Shown here piece after piece: positions 1 to 8,263 of a DNA stretch of 64,000 nt. Origin of the DNA: Bacillales bacterium UBA6879 (GTDB lineage Bacteria > Bacillota_I > Bacilli_A > RFN20 > CAG-288); assembly GCA_002449135.1 (NCBI GenBank), contig DKCH01000021.1, forward strand, positions 2,395-66,394, read 5' to 3'. Position numbers and translations under genes: made by a program. Positions within the stretch are counted from its first letter, which is position 1. The number at the start of each line of letters is the position of its first letter. The notes beneath the pieces are model-generated. The model was not told where the DNA came from. It saw nothing but the letters and a program-made list of their open reading frames with translations, and did not search any database.

Positions 1-416
1 GTTTCTTTTACTATTTGGTCTAAACAATCAAATGGATTAAAAGAAGCACCTTGGATGAAGGAAGTACCAATTAAATTAGTAACTCTAATAGTTTTATTTT
101 TACAAGTAAATAATTTACTACCAACCCCAGGTATAGACTTATGCATATTAGCAGGTCTTACCATATTAGTATATGCACTATTATTAGTTATAACTTCATT
201 GACTCTTAAATAATGGTTTCCCATGGTAATAGCATCTATACCATAAAAAGTTAATTCTTTATAATGGATCAAAGACAACCCTTTACCATGAGTAGCATTT
301 TCAGCATTTGCAATAATGAAATCAATTTTATATTGTTCTTTTAAGCTAGGAAGATGGTCTTTAATTACACGTCTACCAACCTTACCAACAATATCACCAA
401 AGAAAAGAATTCTCAT
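1..416 (-). CDS. YmdB-like metallophosphoesterase (2',3'-cyclic nucleotide phosphodiesterase family), N-terminal part; gene runs off window start
   Basis: Minus-strand translation from ATG (complement of 414-416) gives MRILFFGDIVGKVGRRVIKD...ANAENATHGKG, matching the YmdB/TIGR00282 N-terminus. It overlaps the rny stop as TAATG. The rny-ymdB order is conserved in Firmicutes. Confidence 0.6.
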   Translation of the reverse strand, partial: MRILFFGDIVGKVGRRVIKDHLPSLKEQYKIDFIIANAENATHGKGLSLIHYKELTFYGIDAITMGNHYLRVNEVITNNSAYTNMVRPANMHKSIPGVGSKLFTCKNKTIRVTNLIGTSFIQGASFNPFDCLDQIVKE

Positions 417-1981
417 TATTTTGCCAATTCTATTGCGCGAACTTCTCTAATAACTTGAACCTTAATTTGTCCAGGATAAGTCATTTCAGATTCAATCTTA
501 TCTTTAATTTTTCTAGAAAGTAAGAAAGTATCTTCATCAGAAACTTTATCTGGAATAACAGAAACTCTAATTTCTCTTCCAGATTGCATCGCATAACAAT
601 TAGAAACTCCATCAAATGATTTACAAATAGTTTCAAGTTGAGTTATTCTTTGAACATAATTTTCTAAAGTTTCACTTCTTGCACCAGGTCTAGCAGCTGA
701 TAAAGTATCCGCAGCTTGAACTAATGTGGAAATAACATATTTAGCTGGAACATCACCATGATGAGATTCAATACCATTAATAACAACATCGTTTTCACCA
801 TATTTTCTTGCTAGTCTTACACCAACTTCAACATGGCTTCCTTCAAGTTCAAAATCAGCTGATTTACCAATATCATGTAATAAACCTGCTCTTTTTGCAA
901 GAGTCTGATCTAAACCTAATTCAGCAGCCATTACACCGCATAAAATAGCAACTTGAATAGAATGATCTAAAGCATTTTGTCCATAAGATGTACGATATTT
1001 TAAGCGACCAATATATGGAAGAAGTTCTCTATTAACATGAGTAATACCTAATTTATTAACAGTTTGTTCACCAATTCTTCTTAAGTTATCATCTAAGTTT
1101 TTCTTAACTTTATTAAAGATTTCTTCAATTCTCCCAGGTTGAATTCTTCCATCTTTAATTAATTCTTCTAAAGTTTGTCTAGCAACTTCTCTTCTAATTG
1201 GGTCAAAACAAGAGATAGTAATAACTTCAGGGGTATCATCAATTAAAATATCAACACCTAATAAAGATTCCAATGATTTAATATTACGGCCTTCACGTCC
1301 AATAATTCTGCCCTTCATTTCTTCACTTGGTAAAGTAATAGTGTAAATAGTTTGTTCAGAAACGACATCTTGTGAATACTTAGCAATAGCTAAAGAAATA
1401 ATATTTTTTGCCTTTTCTTCTGCTGTTGATTCAGCTTCATCTAAAGCATTCTTTTCATAAACAGCTACTTCTTTAGTCATCTTTTCTTCTACACGTTTCA
1501 TGATTTCTTCACGTGCTTCAGAAGTGGACATGTTAGCAACTTTTTGTAACTTATCAATAATAGAATCTAAATTAGTTTGAACATCTTGTTGTTTTTTCAT
1601 TAATTCAGCAGATTTTGTTTCATAATCAGCCTTAGCTTGATCCAAAAGATTTTCCTTATTTACTAACATTTGATCTCTTCTATCAATAGCGGCTTCACGT
1701 TGATCTAATTTCTTTTCTTGCTCAACAATTGAAGACTTTCTTTCTTTAATGTCTTGTTCAGCAATAGACTTTAATTCAGCAATTTCAGCTTTAGCATCTA
1801 ATTTAGCATTCATTAAAAGTTTATCAGCCTTAACTTCGGCATCCTTCAATAATTTTTCAGCATCTTTTTGTCCCTTATTATTTTTTCTTTTAACAAGGAA
1901 AAAGGCTACACAAGTAGCAATACTGGCACCAATAAATAAACCGATAATGATGCCAACAACCCAAATAACAGGTTCACTCAT
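416..1981 (-). CDS. rny: Ribonuclease Y
   Basis: 521 aa with an N-terminal TM helix, coiled-coil region, KH domain (GRIIGREGRNIK) and HD domain (HSIQVA...LLHDIGK). RBS AAAGGAAAT lies upstream of the ATG at 1981. Confidence 0.9.
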   Translation of the reverse strand: MSEPVIWVVGIIIGLFIGASIATCVAFFLVKRKNNKGQKDAEKLLKDAEVKADKLLMNAKLDAKAEIAELKSIAEQDIKERKSSIVEQEKKLDQREAAIDRRDQMLVNKENLLDQAKADYETKSAELMKKQQDVQTNLDSIIDKLQKVANMSTSEAREEIMKRVEEKMTKEVAVYEKNALDEAESTAEEKAKNIISLAIAKYSQDVVSEQTIYTITLPSEEMKGRIIGREGRNIKSLESLLGVDILIDDTPEVITISCFDPIRREVARQTLEELIKDGRIQPGRIEEIFNKVKKNLDDNLRRIGEQTVNKLGITHVNRELLPYIGRLKYRTSYGQNALDHSIQVAILCGVMAAELGLDQTLAKRAGLLHDIGKSADFELEGSHVEVGVRLARKYGENDVVINGIESHHGDVPAKYVISTLVQAADTLSAARPGARSETLENYVQRITQLETICKSFDGVSNCYAMQSGREIRVSVIPDKVSDEDTFLLSRKIKDKIESEMTYPGQIKVQVIREVRAIELAK

Positions 1982-2234
1982 TTAAAATATTTCCTTTCAT
2001 TTATGTAAAAAATTTAATATCAATTTAAAACTTTAAAAATGACTTAAGTGAATATAATAGTAAAGATATATAAATAAAAGATTCTTAAAAGTTTAGAAAT
2101 GTATATTAAAGTACTTACGTACAATAAAATTATAAGTGTTAAAAAATTAAAAAACAATATTTTAAGATTACAACACATTGAAAATAAAAAAATTTTTGCT
2201 AAAATAATAAAGCAAAAGAAACGATTTGCAAATT

Positions 2235-2639
2235 GGGGATGTTCAGGTTTCGACAGATAAAGAGGAGCCTCAAGCGCAGCGGAGTAGTTAGCCTTACTAA
2301 CCTAAGCACGATAAATGCCAAAAAGAATTTTATCCCATTTATGCAAGCCAACAATATGATGGCTTGTGCTTGCTAGTTTCTAGCTTATAGCATTAAACTA
2401 CATCGATAGTTTACATAAACGTCTATAATCTATCGCTAAACTGTTCGGATCTTTATAGGCGTAACCAAGAATAGTTAGTTTAAAATCCGATAATCGGTTT
2501 TAAATGAAAATTAAAGGTTATCAACTAAATAAGATTTCTTCGTCTATTAGAAGCTTATTTAGAAACAAAATAGACTAAGCTGTAGTGATTTTGGCGGGGC
2601 TTTATTTGGACAGGAGTTCGATTCTCCTCATCTCCACCA
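2235..2639 (+). ncRNA. ssrA: tmRNA (SsrA)
   Basis: Starts GGGGATGTTCAGGTTTCGACAG and ends with a tRNA-like T-arm GGAGTTCGATTCTCC...TCTCCACCA. The internal tag ORF after ...CACGATAAAT reads GCC AAA AAG ... TAG. The location directly after rny is typical. Confidence 0.8.
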
Positions 2640-3960
2640 TCATGTACTTATATTTTAATACTATAAAAGGTGTTGAAATTAACCATAAATGCTCGAGAAA
2701 TCGGACTTTTTATTTTAAATCATGTTACTATTAGAAATTGATTGTACTTTTTAGAAGATTTAGGTGACACGCCTAGAAATAGTTTTATATTTGCCAATTA
2801 GTGGGCATTATAGATAAGTTCTCGAATAAATTTTTCTCTATGTTAAAGTTGATTAGAAAAGTTGAAATATTACAAGCGACTTAATTAAAGTATAAGATAT
2901 ATCGGTATTAAAGATAAATTATGAATAAAAGAATTGATACTTTGACTATAGTGTTAATCATGCGAATAAAATGAATTATGAGATTGAGGACAAAAACTTG
3001 GACTAAAGCGTAAAGGAAATAATTATAATGAAAAAATCAATTACTGATAAGGATTTTTTAAAACGAAAGATTGGCATTCCTAATAACCTAACAAGCTTAC
3101 TTCTTTAACAAAAACACAACCTTTTCGAAAAGCACAAAACTTGTTATTGTTGAAACATTGATGCCACTAGATACAGCCCTATTTTTATTGCTCTTTTTAT
3201 AATCGTATTTATGGATATAAAGATGAAGCACTAAAAATCCTAAAAGAAATAACAAACAACATACTCTTAAAGATTTGAAAATTGGATTACAAGAAGTTCA
3301 TAATAAACGTGTAAATATTAATTCAAATAAAAAAAGGTGATATTGTCAAAAAATTTAATTTAATCAAAAAAATTTACTAAAAATGGAATAGCTTTTCTAC
3401 ATGTTATAAATAAGATAATTAGAAAAAAGAAGTCGTCTTGTGATTCTGATATTGAATTTTATACTTTAGCAGTAAATGATTTTAAAAAATAAATAAATCT
3501 TCAATGGTTGTAATTACTAATAGTAAATTTGCTGAATATTGTGCAAATTTAATGGGTATTAAAAATATTGTAATATCTCAAAGGTATGCTAATAAGAGTA
3601 AATGGATAGAAGAAATTAAAAAATCAATAAAGTAATAATTATGAGTTTCTTTTAACTAATTAAAGATATTCATTGTGCATTTTTATTTTGTCTCACAAGG
3701 TCATAATATCCTTCGATTAACATTTAATTCCCTTACCACTTTCGATAATTACACATCATAACGATTTAATAATTCTAATGCGGTTTTAATTTATTTAAGC
3801 TTGTAAATAGCCTGTCCTTTCTATATTTAATCCAATTTTTTTCTACACTCACATAAATATATTTTATATACGTGATTAACAGAACAAAGGATGTAAACTA
3901 GTACTTATTTGAAGTTAGAAATTAAACAGTATATTTTTTAGTGACTTTATCACTATTCAG

Positions 3961-4213
3961 TCGTGGTTTTAAGGATATCAGTCTGTCGACGGAGACACTG
4001 ATAAAACTCGTATTGGAGCAGAAGATAGCACACTGCGGAAATGTTTCGCTCTGATGGATGATGAATAAAGTGTATGTTCAAACATACTTAACAGTAAACA
4101 TCAAGATGGACAAGGAAAAGTCCACAAAGAGAATAGATGGAGCGGTAACGACCATTATGGCACTTGGTCAAACAATCCAAGACAAAGACTCAATTGATAA
4201 CGTATATAACTAA
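3961..4213 (+). pseudogene. Remnant of a phage terminase large-subunit gene (C-terminal end), frameshifted
   Basis: A ~250 bp segment with visibly higher GC than its surroundings. One frame reads ...NIKMDKEKSTKRIDGAVTTIMALGQTIQ...*, resembling the conserved KIDxAVAxxMAxG C-terminal nuclease-domain end of COG4626-type terminases. Upstream frames are interrupted. Confidence 0.3.
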
Positions 4214-4327
4214 TGCGAAATCATCGTAATTTAGAAAAATGTAACCTTGTTTTATTTGCTAAAGTGTAAAAATGGCACTCTTACAAATATTAAAAAGTGT
4301 TAAAATGACACCGAAACACTTGTAATT

Positions 4328-4338
4328 TTGGTGTCAAT
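4328..4338. repeat. Direct repeat TTGGTGTCAAT, copy 1 (second copy at 5265-5275), also half of an inverted repeat TGACACC(4306-4312)/GGTGTCA(4330-4336)
   Basis: Exact 11-mer present twice, bracketing the MNT/HEPN operon. The upstream copy lies just 5' of the RBS and forms a 7-bp inverted repeat with a 17-nt spacer. Confidence 0.6.
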
Positions 4339-4365
4339 ATGGTAAAAATTTAAGAGGTGGTAAAA

Positions 4366-4836
4366 ATGACATTAAAACAATTAAGAACTGAAAAAGGAAT
4401 TACACAAGCCAAATGCGCGGAATTATTTCAAGTATCCCTGCGGACATATAAACGATACGAGTCCAATGAAACCAAGATTAACCCTCTAAAGTATCAATAT
4501 TTATTACAAAGATTGAGCGAGTATGGAAGGATTGATGAAGACCACGGGATATTGTCTATAGACCAAATAAAAAAAATATGTGGAGAAATATTCAAGGATT
4601 ATTCTGTGGAATACTGCTACCTATTTGGATCCTATGCCAAAGGCAAAGCGACAGAAAAAAGCGATGTCGATTTGCTTGTCGCAATGCCAGTTGACGGAAT
4701 GAAATTCTTCGAACTCATAGAGATATTGAGAGAACAATTAAAGAAGAAAATCGACCTACTGGATATAGCACAGTTAGATAATAATCCCACACTTGTAAAA
4801 GAAATATTAAAGAACGGCATAAAGATCTATGGATAA
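4366..4836 (+). CDS. HTH (XRE-family) domain fused to a minimal nucleotidyltransferase (MntA-like antitoxin)
   Basis: RBS AAGAGGTGG lies 6 nt before the ATG at 4366. N-terminus is LKQLRTEKGITQAKCAELFQVSLRTYKRYE (HTH_XRE). C-terminus is LFGSYAKGKATEKSDVDLLV (GSx9-13DxD nucleotidyltransferase motif). Confidence 0.8.
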   Translation: MTLKQLRTEKGITQAKCAELFQVSLRTYKRYESNETKINPLKYQYLLQRLSEYGRIDEDHGILSIDQIKKICGEIFKDYSVEYCYLFGSYAKGKATEKSDVDLLVAMPVDGMKFFELIEILREQLKKKIDLLDIAQLDNNPTLVKEILKNGIKIYG

Positions 4837-5164
4837 CATAAAAAACGATAAATACTATCTTGAAAAAATCATATCGGACTTGGAGTTCATAATAGAACAC
4901 ACCAAAGGAAAAACAAAAAACGAAATAGAAAACAACGATTTACTTGTCGATTCTATTATGTTTCGCATCATTCAAATTGCAGAGAAAAACAGCCGCCTAT
5001 CAGAAGAGTTCAAAAAAGAGTATAACGAGATTCCTTGGGTGGCAATCAAAGGAATGCGTAACAAAATATTCCATGATTATGGTGTCGTAAATATGGTTAT
5101 TATTTATGACACGGTAACACGATGGATACCAGAGATGTACGAAAAATTAATAATGATACAATGA
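4829..5164 (+). CDS. HEPN-domain protein (HepT/DUF86-like toxin partner of MNT)
   Basis: The ATG overlaps the MNT stop by 8 nt (translational coupling). It carries the Rx4HxY motif RNKIFHDY characteristic of HepT HEPN RNases. Confidence 0.8.
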   Translation: MDNIKNDKYYLEKIISDLEFIIEHTKGKTKNEIENNDLLVDSIMFRIIQIAEKNSRLSEEFKKEYNEIPWVAIKGMRNKIFHDYGVVNMVIIYDTVTRWIPEMYEKLIMIQ

Positions 5165-5264
5165 GATATTATGTGCTAAATGATATTCACGGATTTTATT
5201 TTGAACTATATGTGGCTCTGAAGGAAAAATTGTTTTATTAAAAATAAAATATTTTTTTTACCAA

Positions 5265-5275
5265 TTGGTGTCAAT
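5265..5275. repeat. Direct repeat TTGGTGTCAAT, copy 2
   Basis: Identical 11-mer 937 bp downstream of copy 1, immediately after the HEPN gene. The extended 19-mer TTTACCAATTGGTGTCAAT (5257-5275) also resembles TTTGCCAATTAGTGGGCAT at 2790-2808. Confidence 0.6.
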
Positions 5276-5706
5276 CATGCGGATAAAATTTAACTATTTC
5301 ACCATCAAAAATTATAATTTAGATAACTCTAGAATATCCTCAAATAAATTATTAAGACGATGGGCTATAGTCACTTTTTTATTTTACAAGAAATATAAAA
5401 TATAAAAACCTCAATAAAATCAGCACTTCCTATAGATATCGTATTACTAGTAAGGGTAGTTTTGTACCAATATAATATTAAAAATAAATAATTAGATTTT
5501 AGATTATTTTTTATCAAACTTTTTTATTATAAAATTTATTTTAAATATATACATTTAATTTTGTATCAATCAAATTAGTTAAATATATTAAATTAAATTT
5601 AACTTCTATAAAAACTTTTTTAATAAAAATCTATCAGCTTTAAAAAAGCATTTATAAAAGTATTTTCTAAAATTGATATATAATAAAAAAATAGGAGGAT
5701 TTAAAA

Positions 5707-6027
5707 ATGATAACAATTTATGGAAGTGAAATGTGCCCAAATTGCATAGAATGTAAAAGAAACTTTGATTTTTACAAAATACCTTATAAATATATAGACA
5801 TCAATCAATCTTTAAAAAATCTAAAAGACTTTTTAGTTTACAGAGATAATCTACCTATTTATGATGAATGTAAAAGAAACCATAGAATAGGTATACCTAC
5901 ATTAGTTAAAGACAATGGTGAAGCTTTCCTTACATGGGAATCTTATTTAAAAGATCAAGGATACAAAGTCTTAGATTTAAATAATGAAGAAAAAAGTTCC
6001 TGTTCATTAAAAAATAAAAACTGTTAA
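5707..6027 (+). CDS. Glutaredoxin-like (thioredoxin-fold, CPNC active site) small protein
   Basis: Strong RBS AATAGGAGGA. The sequence ITIYGSEMCPNCIECK...IGIPTLVKDNGEAF matches glutaredoxin/NrdH-like topology: CxxC near the N-terminus and a cis-Pro region. Confidence 0.55.
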   Translation: MITIYGSEMCPNCIECKRNFDFYKIPYKYIDINQSLKNLKDFLVYRDNLPIYDECKRNHRIGIPTLVKDNGEAFLTWESYLKDQGYKVLDLNNEEKSSCSLKNKNC

Positions 6028-6035
6028 TCAAAAAT

Positions 6036-6100
6036 AAAAACCACTAGTAAATACAATTATCTTAAATATTTAATTTAATGTATTAATTCTAGTGGTTTTT
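6036..6100. terminator. Bidirectional rho-independent terminator
   Basis: AAAAACCACTAG ... CTAGTGGTTTTTT inverted repeat with a U-run on both strands, between convergent genes (5707-6027 plus, 6113-7978 minus). Confidence 0.6.
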
Positions 6101-6112
6101 TATTTTATTTTT

Positions 6113-7978
6113 TTACTTTAATAAGTCTTTAAATTCACTTGGAGCAGTATAATTTTCACCATCATCAGTAACAGTTAAAGTTAGACTAACTTTGAAAGTT
6201 AAACTTTTATTTTCATAAGTTACATTAGTTCCTTCTAATGTAGTAGTAAAAACACCTTCAAAATTAATAGAGATGCTTTCTAAGCTATTATTATTAAAAT
6301 TATAAACAAACTTAGAATCATTAATTTCAACACTATCTTTTTGATAAGTTCCAAGAACTTTAATATTATTTTTTAAAGTTGGATCTAATCTTACTAAGGA
6401 ATTAACTGAATCAAGATAATCTGTTACAAAACTATTATTAACAATTAAATGATAAGAGGTAGCTGTAATTTGTTGATCATCATTTTTAGTTGTATTTTCA
6501 GTTATAGCACCAACATTACTAGTATTAAGTAAACTATTATCAGGTAAGAAATAATACTTATCAGTATCTAAAGGATTTGTTACTTTAGTTCCTTTATCAT
6601 TTATAAGGTTATTCTCAACATCATAAACAGTTTTATCACTTAGTACTCCTCTAGTACGTTTATAATCTTCAACCTTATCACCATAGAAATCATCACTTTT
6701 ATAATTAGAATCAACTTCTAATTGATTATTATAATAAACTGTTCCATCTTTAACATTTCTCTTTGTCTTACCTTTAACAGTTGCACTTCTTGCTAAAGAG
6801 GTAGCTCCTTCATCTAATTCTGTTTTTAATTCATAATCATAAGAAGAATTAGCTAAGGCTTTATAAGCATTAATATTATTTTTAATAGTATTTAAATCAC
6901 TATTAACTTCAGCTTCTCCAAGAATTAAGCCAGGAATCACTGGTTCAGTAATAGGTAAACTTGAAGCATTAACATTTGTAAAAGTTAAACTATAAGTTAA
7001 ATCAAAGTTTACTTTTGATACACTGATTTTAAAAGAATAAGTATATGTCTTTAAATAACCATCATCATCAAAAGAAACATATTGTTTAAAGTTAGCATCA
7101 GTATCAGGAATACTAACACCAAAAATTGCTTTTACTATAGGATTATCGACATTTGAAGCAACAACTGAAGCAATAGAAGAGAAATTAGCAGTAGTCTTAA
7201 GTTCGTATTTATTACCACTAACTTTTGTTAAACTCTTAATATCACTATCCTCATAAGTAAATAATGACTTAGCAAAAGAAGAAGACTCATATTTGAAATT
7301 AGGATTATTTTCTGACTTAAACTTAGTTACTTCATTATTTTCGTTTAAAGTAATGTCATAAACATTATCACCTTTTTTATATTCATATAAAGTGCCATCA
7401 TTAAATAAAGCACCTGAATTAGTGTGATTTTCTAAATAACTAACTTCTTCATTTTTGTTATATTTAACATCACCAATAGTTTTTCCATCAAGTTGCTTAG
7501 CAACACCAGTAATAGTAGCATTAGCAGTAGTTTCAAAAGTATATGAAAAATTATTAGCAGTAGTAATTGTCTTATTTCTCGCTTGATTAAAATAAGTTAC
7601 ACTATCAACATATTTAGCATAAATAGTTAAATTCTTATTAATGGTTAATGGGAAAGTTGCTTTTGTGGTGTATGTATTATCTAAATACCAACCGGCAAAA
7701 ATATATCCATCTTTGTCTGGGGCAGTAGGCTCAGAAAGCTTCTCACCTTCTTTAACTGTTGTACTTGGTAAATTAGTTCCATTAAAAGTAACAACAAATT
7801 GTTTAGCAATCGAAGTACTAGAACTTATAGAATTAACTGAATTATCACTATTAGAACTACTAGAACTTACAGAAGTAACTGAATTGTTAATAGAAGTAGA
7901 TGGTGTCTTTTCTTCACCACATGAAGATAAAGCAAGACTTAAAATTGATAAAGATAAAAGTAAAATTGATTTTTTCAT
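6113..7978 (-). CDS. Surface lipoprotein with Ser-rich linker and a Listeria/Bacteroides-type (flg_new) repeat domain
   Basis: Signal peptide plus lipobox LALSSC. It has a low-complexity S/N-rich region. The motif DGYIFAGWYLDNTYTTKATFPLTINKNLTIYAKY matches the flg_new repeat (GWY...TLYAKW). Confidence 0.65.
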   Translation of the reverse strand: MKKSILLLSLSILSLALSSCGEEKTPSTSINNSVTSVSSSSSNSDNSVNSISSSTSIAKQFVVTFNGTNLPSTTVKEGEKLSEPTAPDKDGYIFAGWYLDNTYTTKATFPLTINKNLTIYAKYVDSVTYFNQARNKTITTANNFSYTFETTANATITGVAKQLDGKTIGDVKYNKNEEVSYLENHTNSGALFNDGTLYEYKKGDNVYDITLNENNEVTKFKSENNPNFKYESSSFAKSLFTYEDSDIKSLTKVSGNKYELKTTANFSSIASVVASNVDNPIVKAIFGVSIPDTDANFKQYVSFDDDGYLKTYTYSFKISVSKVNFDLTYSLTFTNVNASSLPITEPVIPGLILGEAEVNSDLNTIKNNINAYKALANSSYDYELKTELDEGATSLARSATVKGKTKRNVKDGTVYYNNQLEVDSNYKSDDFYGDKVEDYKRTRGVLSDKTVYDVENNLINDKGTKVTNPLDTDKYYFLPDNSLLNTSNVGAITENTTKNDDQQITATSYHLIVNNSFVTDYLDSVNSLVRLDPTLKNNIKVLGTYQKDSVEINDSKFVYNFNNNSLESISINFEGVFTTTLEGTNVTYENKSLTFKVSLTLTVTDDGENYTAPSEFKDLLK

Positions 7979-8168
7979 AATAAAATTCTCCGTGTATTTA
8001 TTTAAGCAATTATGTCAAATTAACTATTACCGCACTAAGGATTAATAGCATCATAACTTTTTAATTAATACATATTTTTGCTTATAAAATAAGTATTTAA
8101 ATAAAATAGTTTTTTAGTAAAACAATATGTAAATATTTATTTAATTATTCCCCCTTATATAAAGGATA

Positions 8169-8176
8169 CCCCCCCC
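8169..8176. repeat. Homopolymeric poly(C)8 tract (with C5 at 8150-8154) in divergent promoter region
   Basis: CCCCCTTATATAAAGGATACCCCCCCC in a ~27% GC genome. It lies 9 nt upstream of a TTGTCA -35 (8186-8191) followed 17 nt later by TAAAAT -10 for the 8264 gene. Confidence 0.7.
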
Positions 8177-8263
8177 GAGTTATGTTTGTCAATAACTTCA
8201 TCTAAATTTAAAATATAATTTTATTAAAAGTTGAATTAATCAAATATATTTATTAAACTTAAG

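Noticed and set aside
1749-1985. 78-aa ORF antisense to rny, and other antisense or overlapping ORFs from the track (4632-4820, 4715-4900, 7641-8045, 8961-9164, 11867-12124, 12486-12704, 12592-12834, 19534-19740, 24519-24701, 29893-30114, 30982-31191, 31248-31475, 31854-32117, 32422-32637, 34423-34641, 42756-42968, 42862-43116, 47201-47509, 49659-49934, 54651-54839, 60706-60912, 62856-63047)
   Set aside because: Each lies inside, and on the opposite strand or in another frame of, a longer ORF with clear homology motifs. They have low-complexity composition typical of AT-rich shadow ORFs and no RBS.
3700-3760. Possible duplicated tmRNA 3'-end (attR-like) sequence: CCTTCGATTAAC / CCACTTTCGATAATT versus tmRNA GTTCGATTCTCC
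   Set aside because: Only a 7-nt TTCGATT core is shared. There is no extended match to the tmRNA 3' end. Too weak to call an att duplicate.
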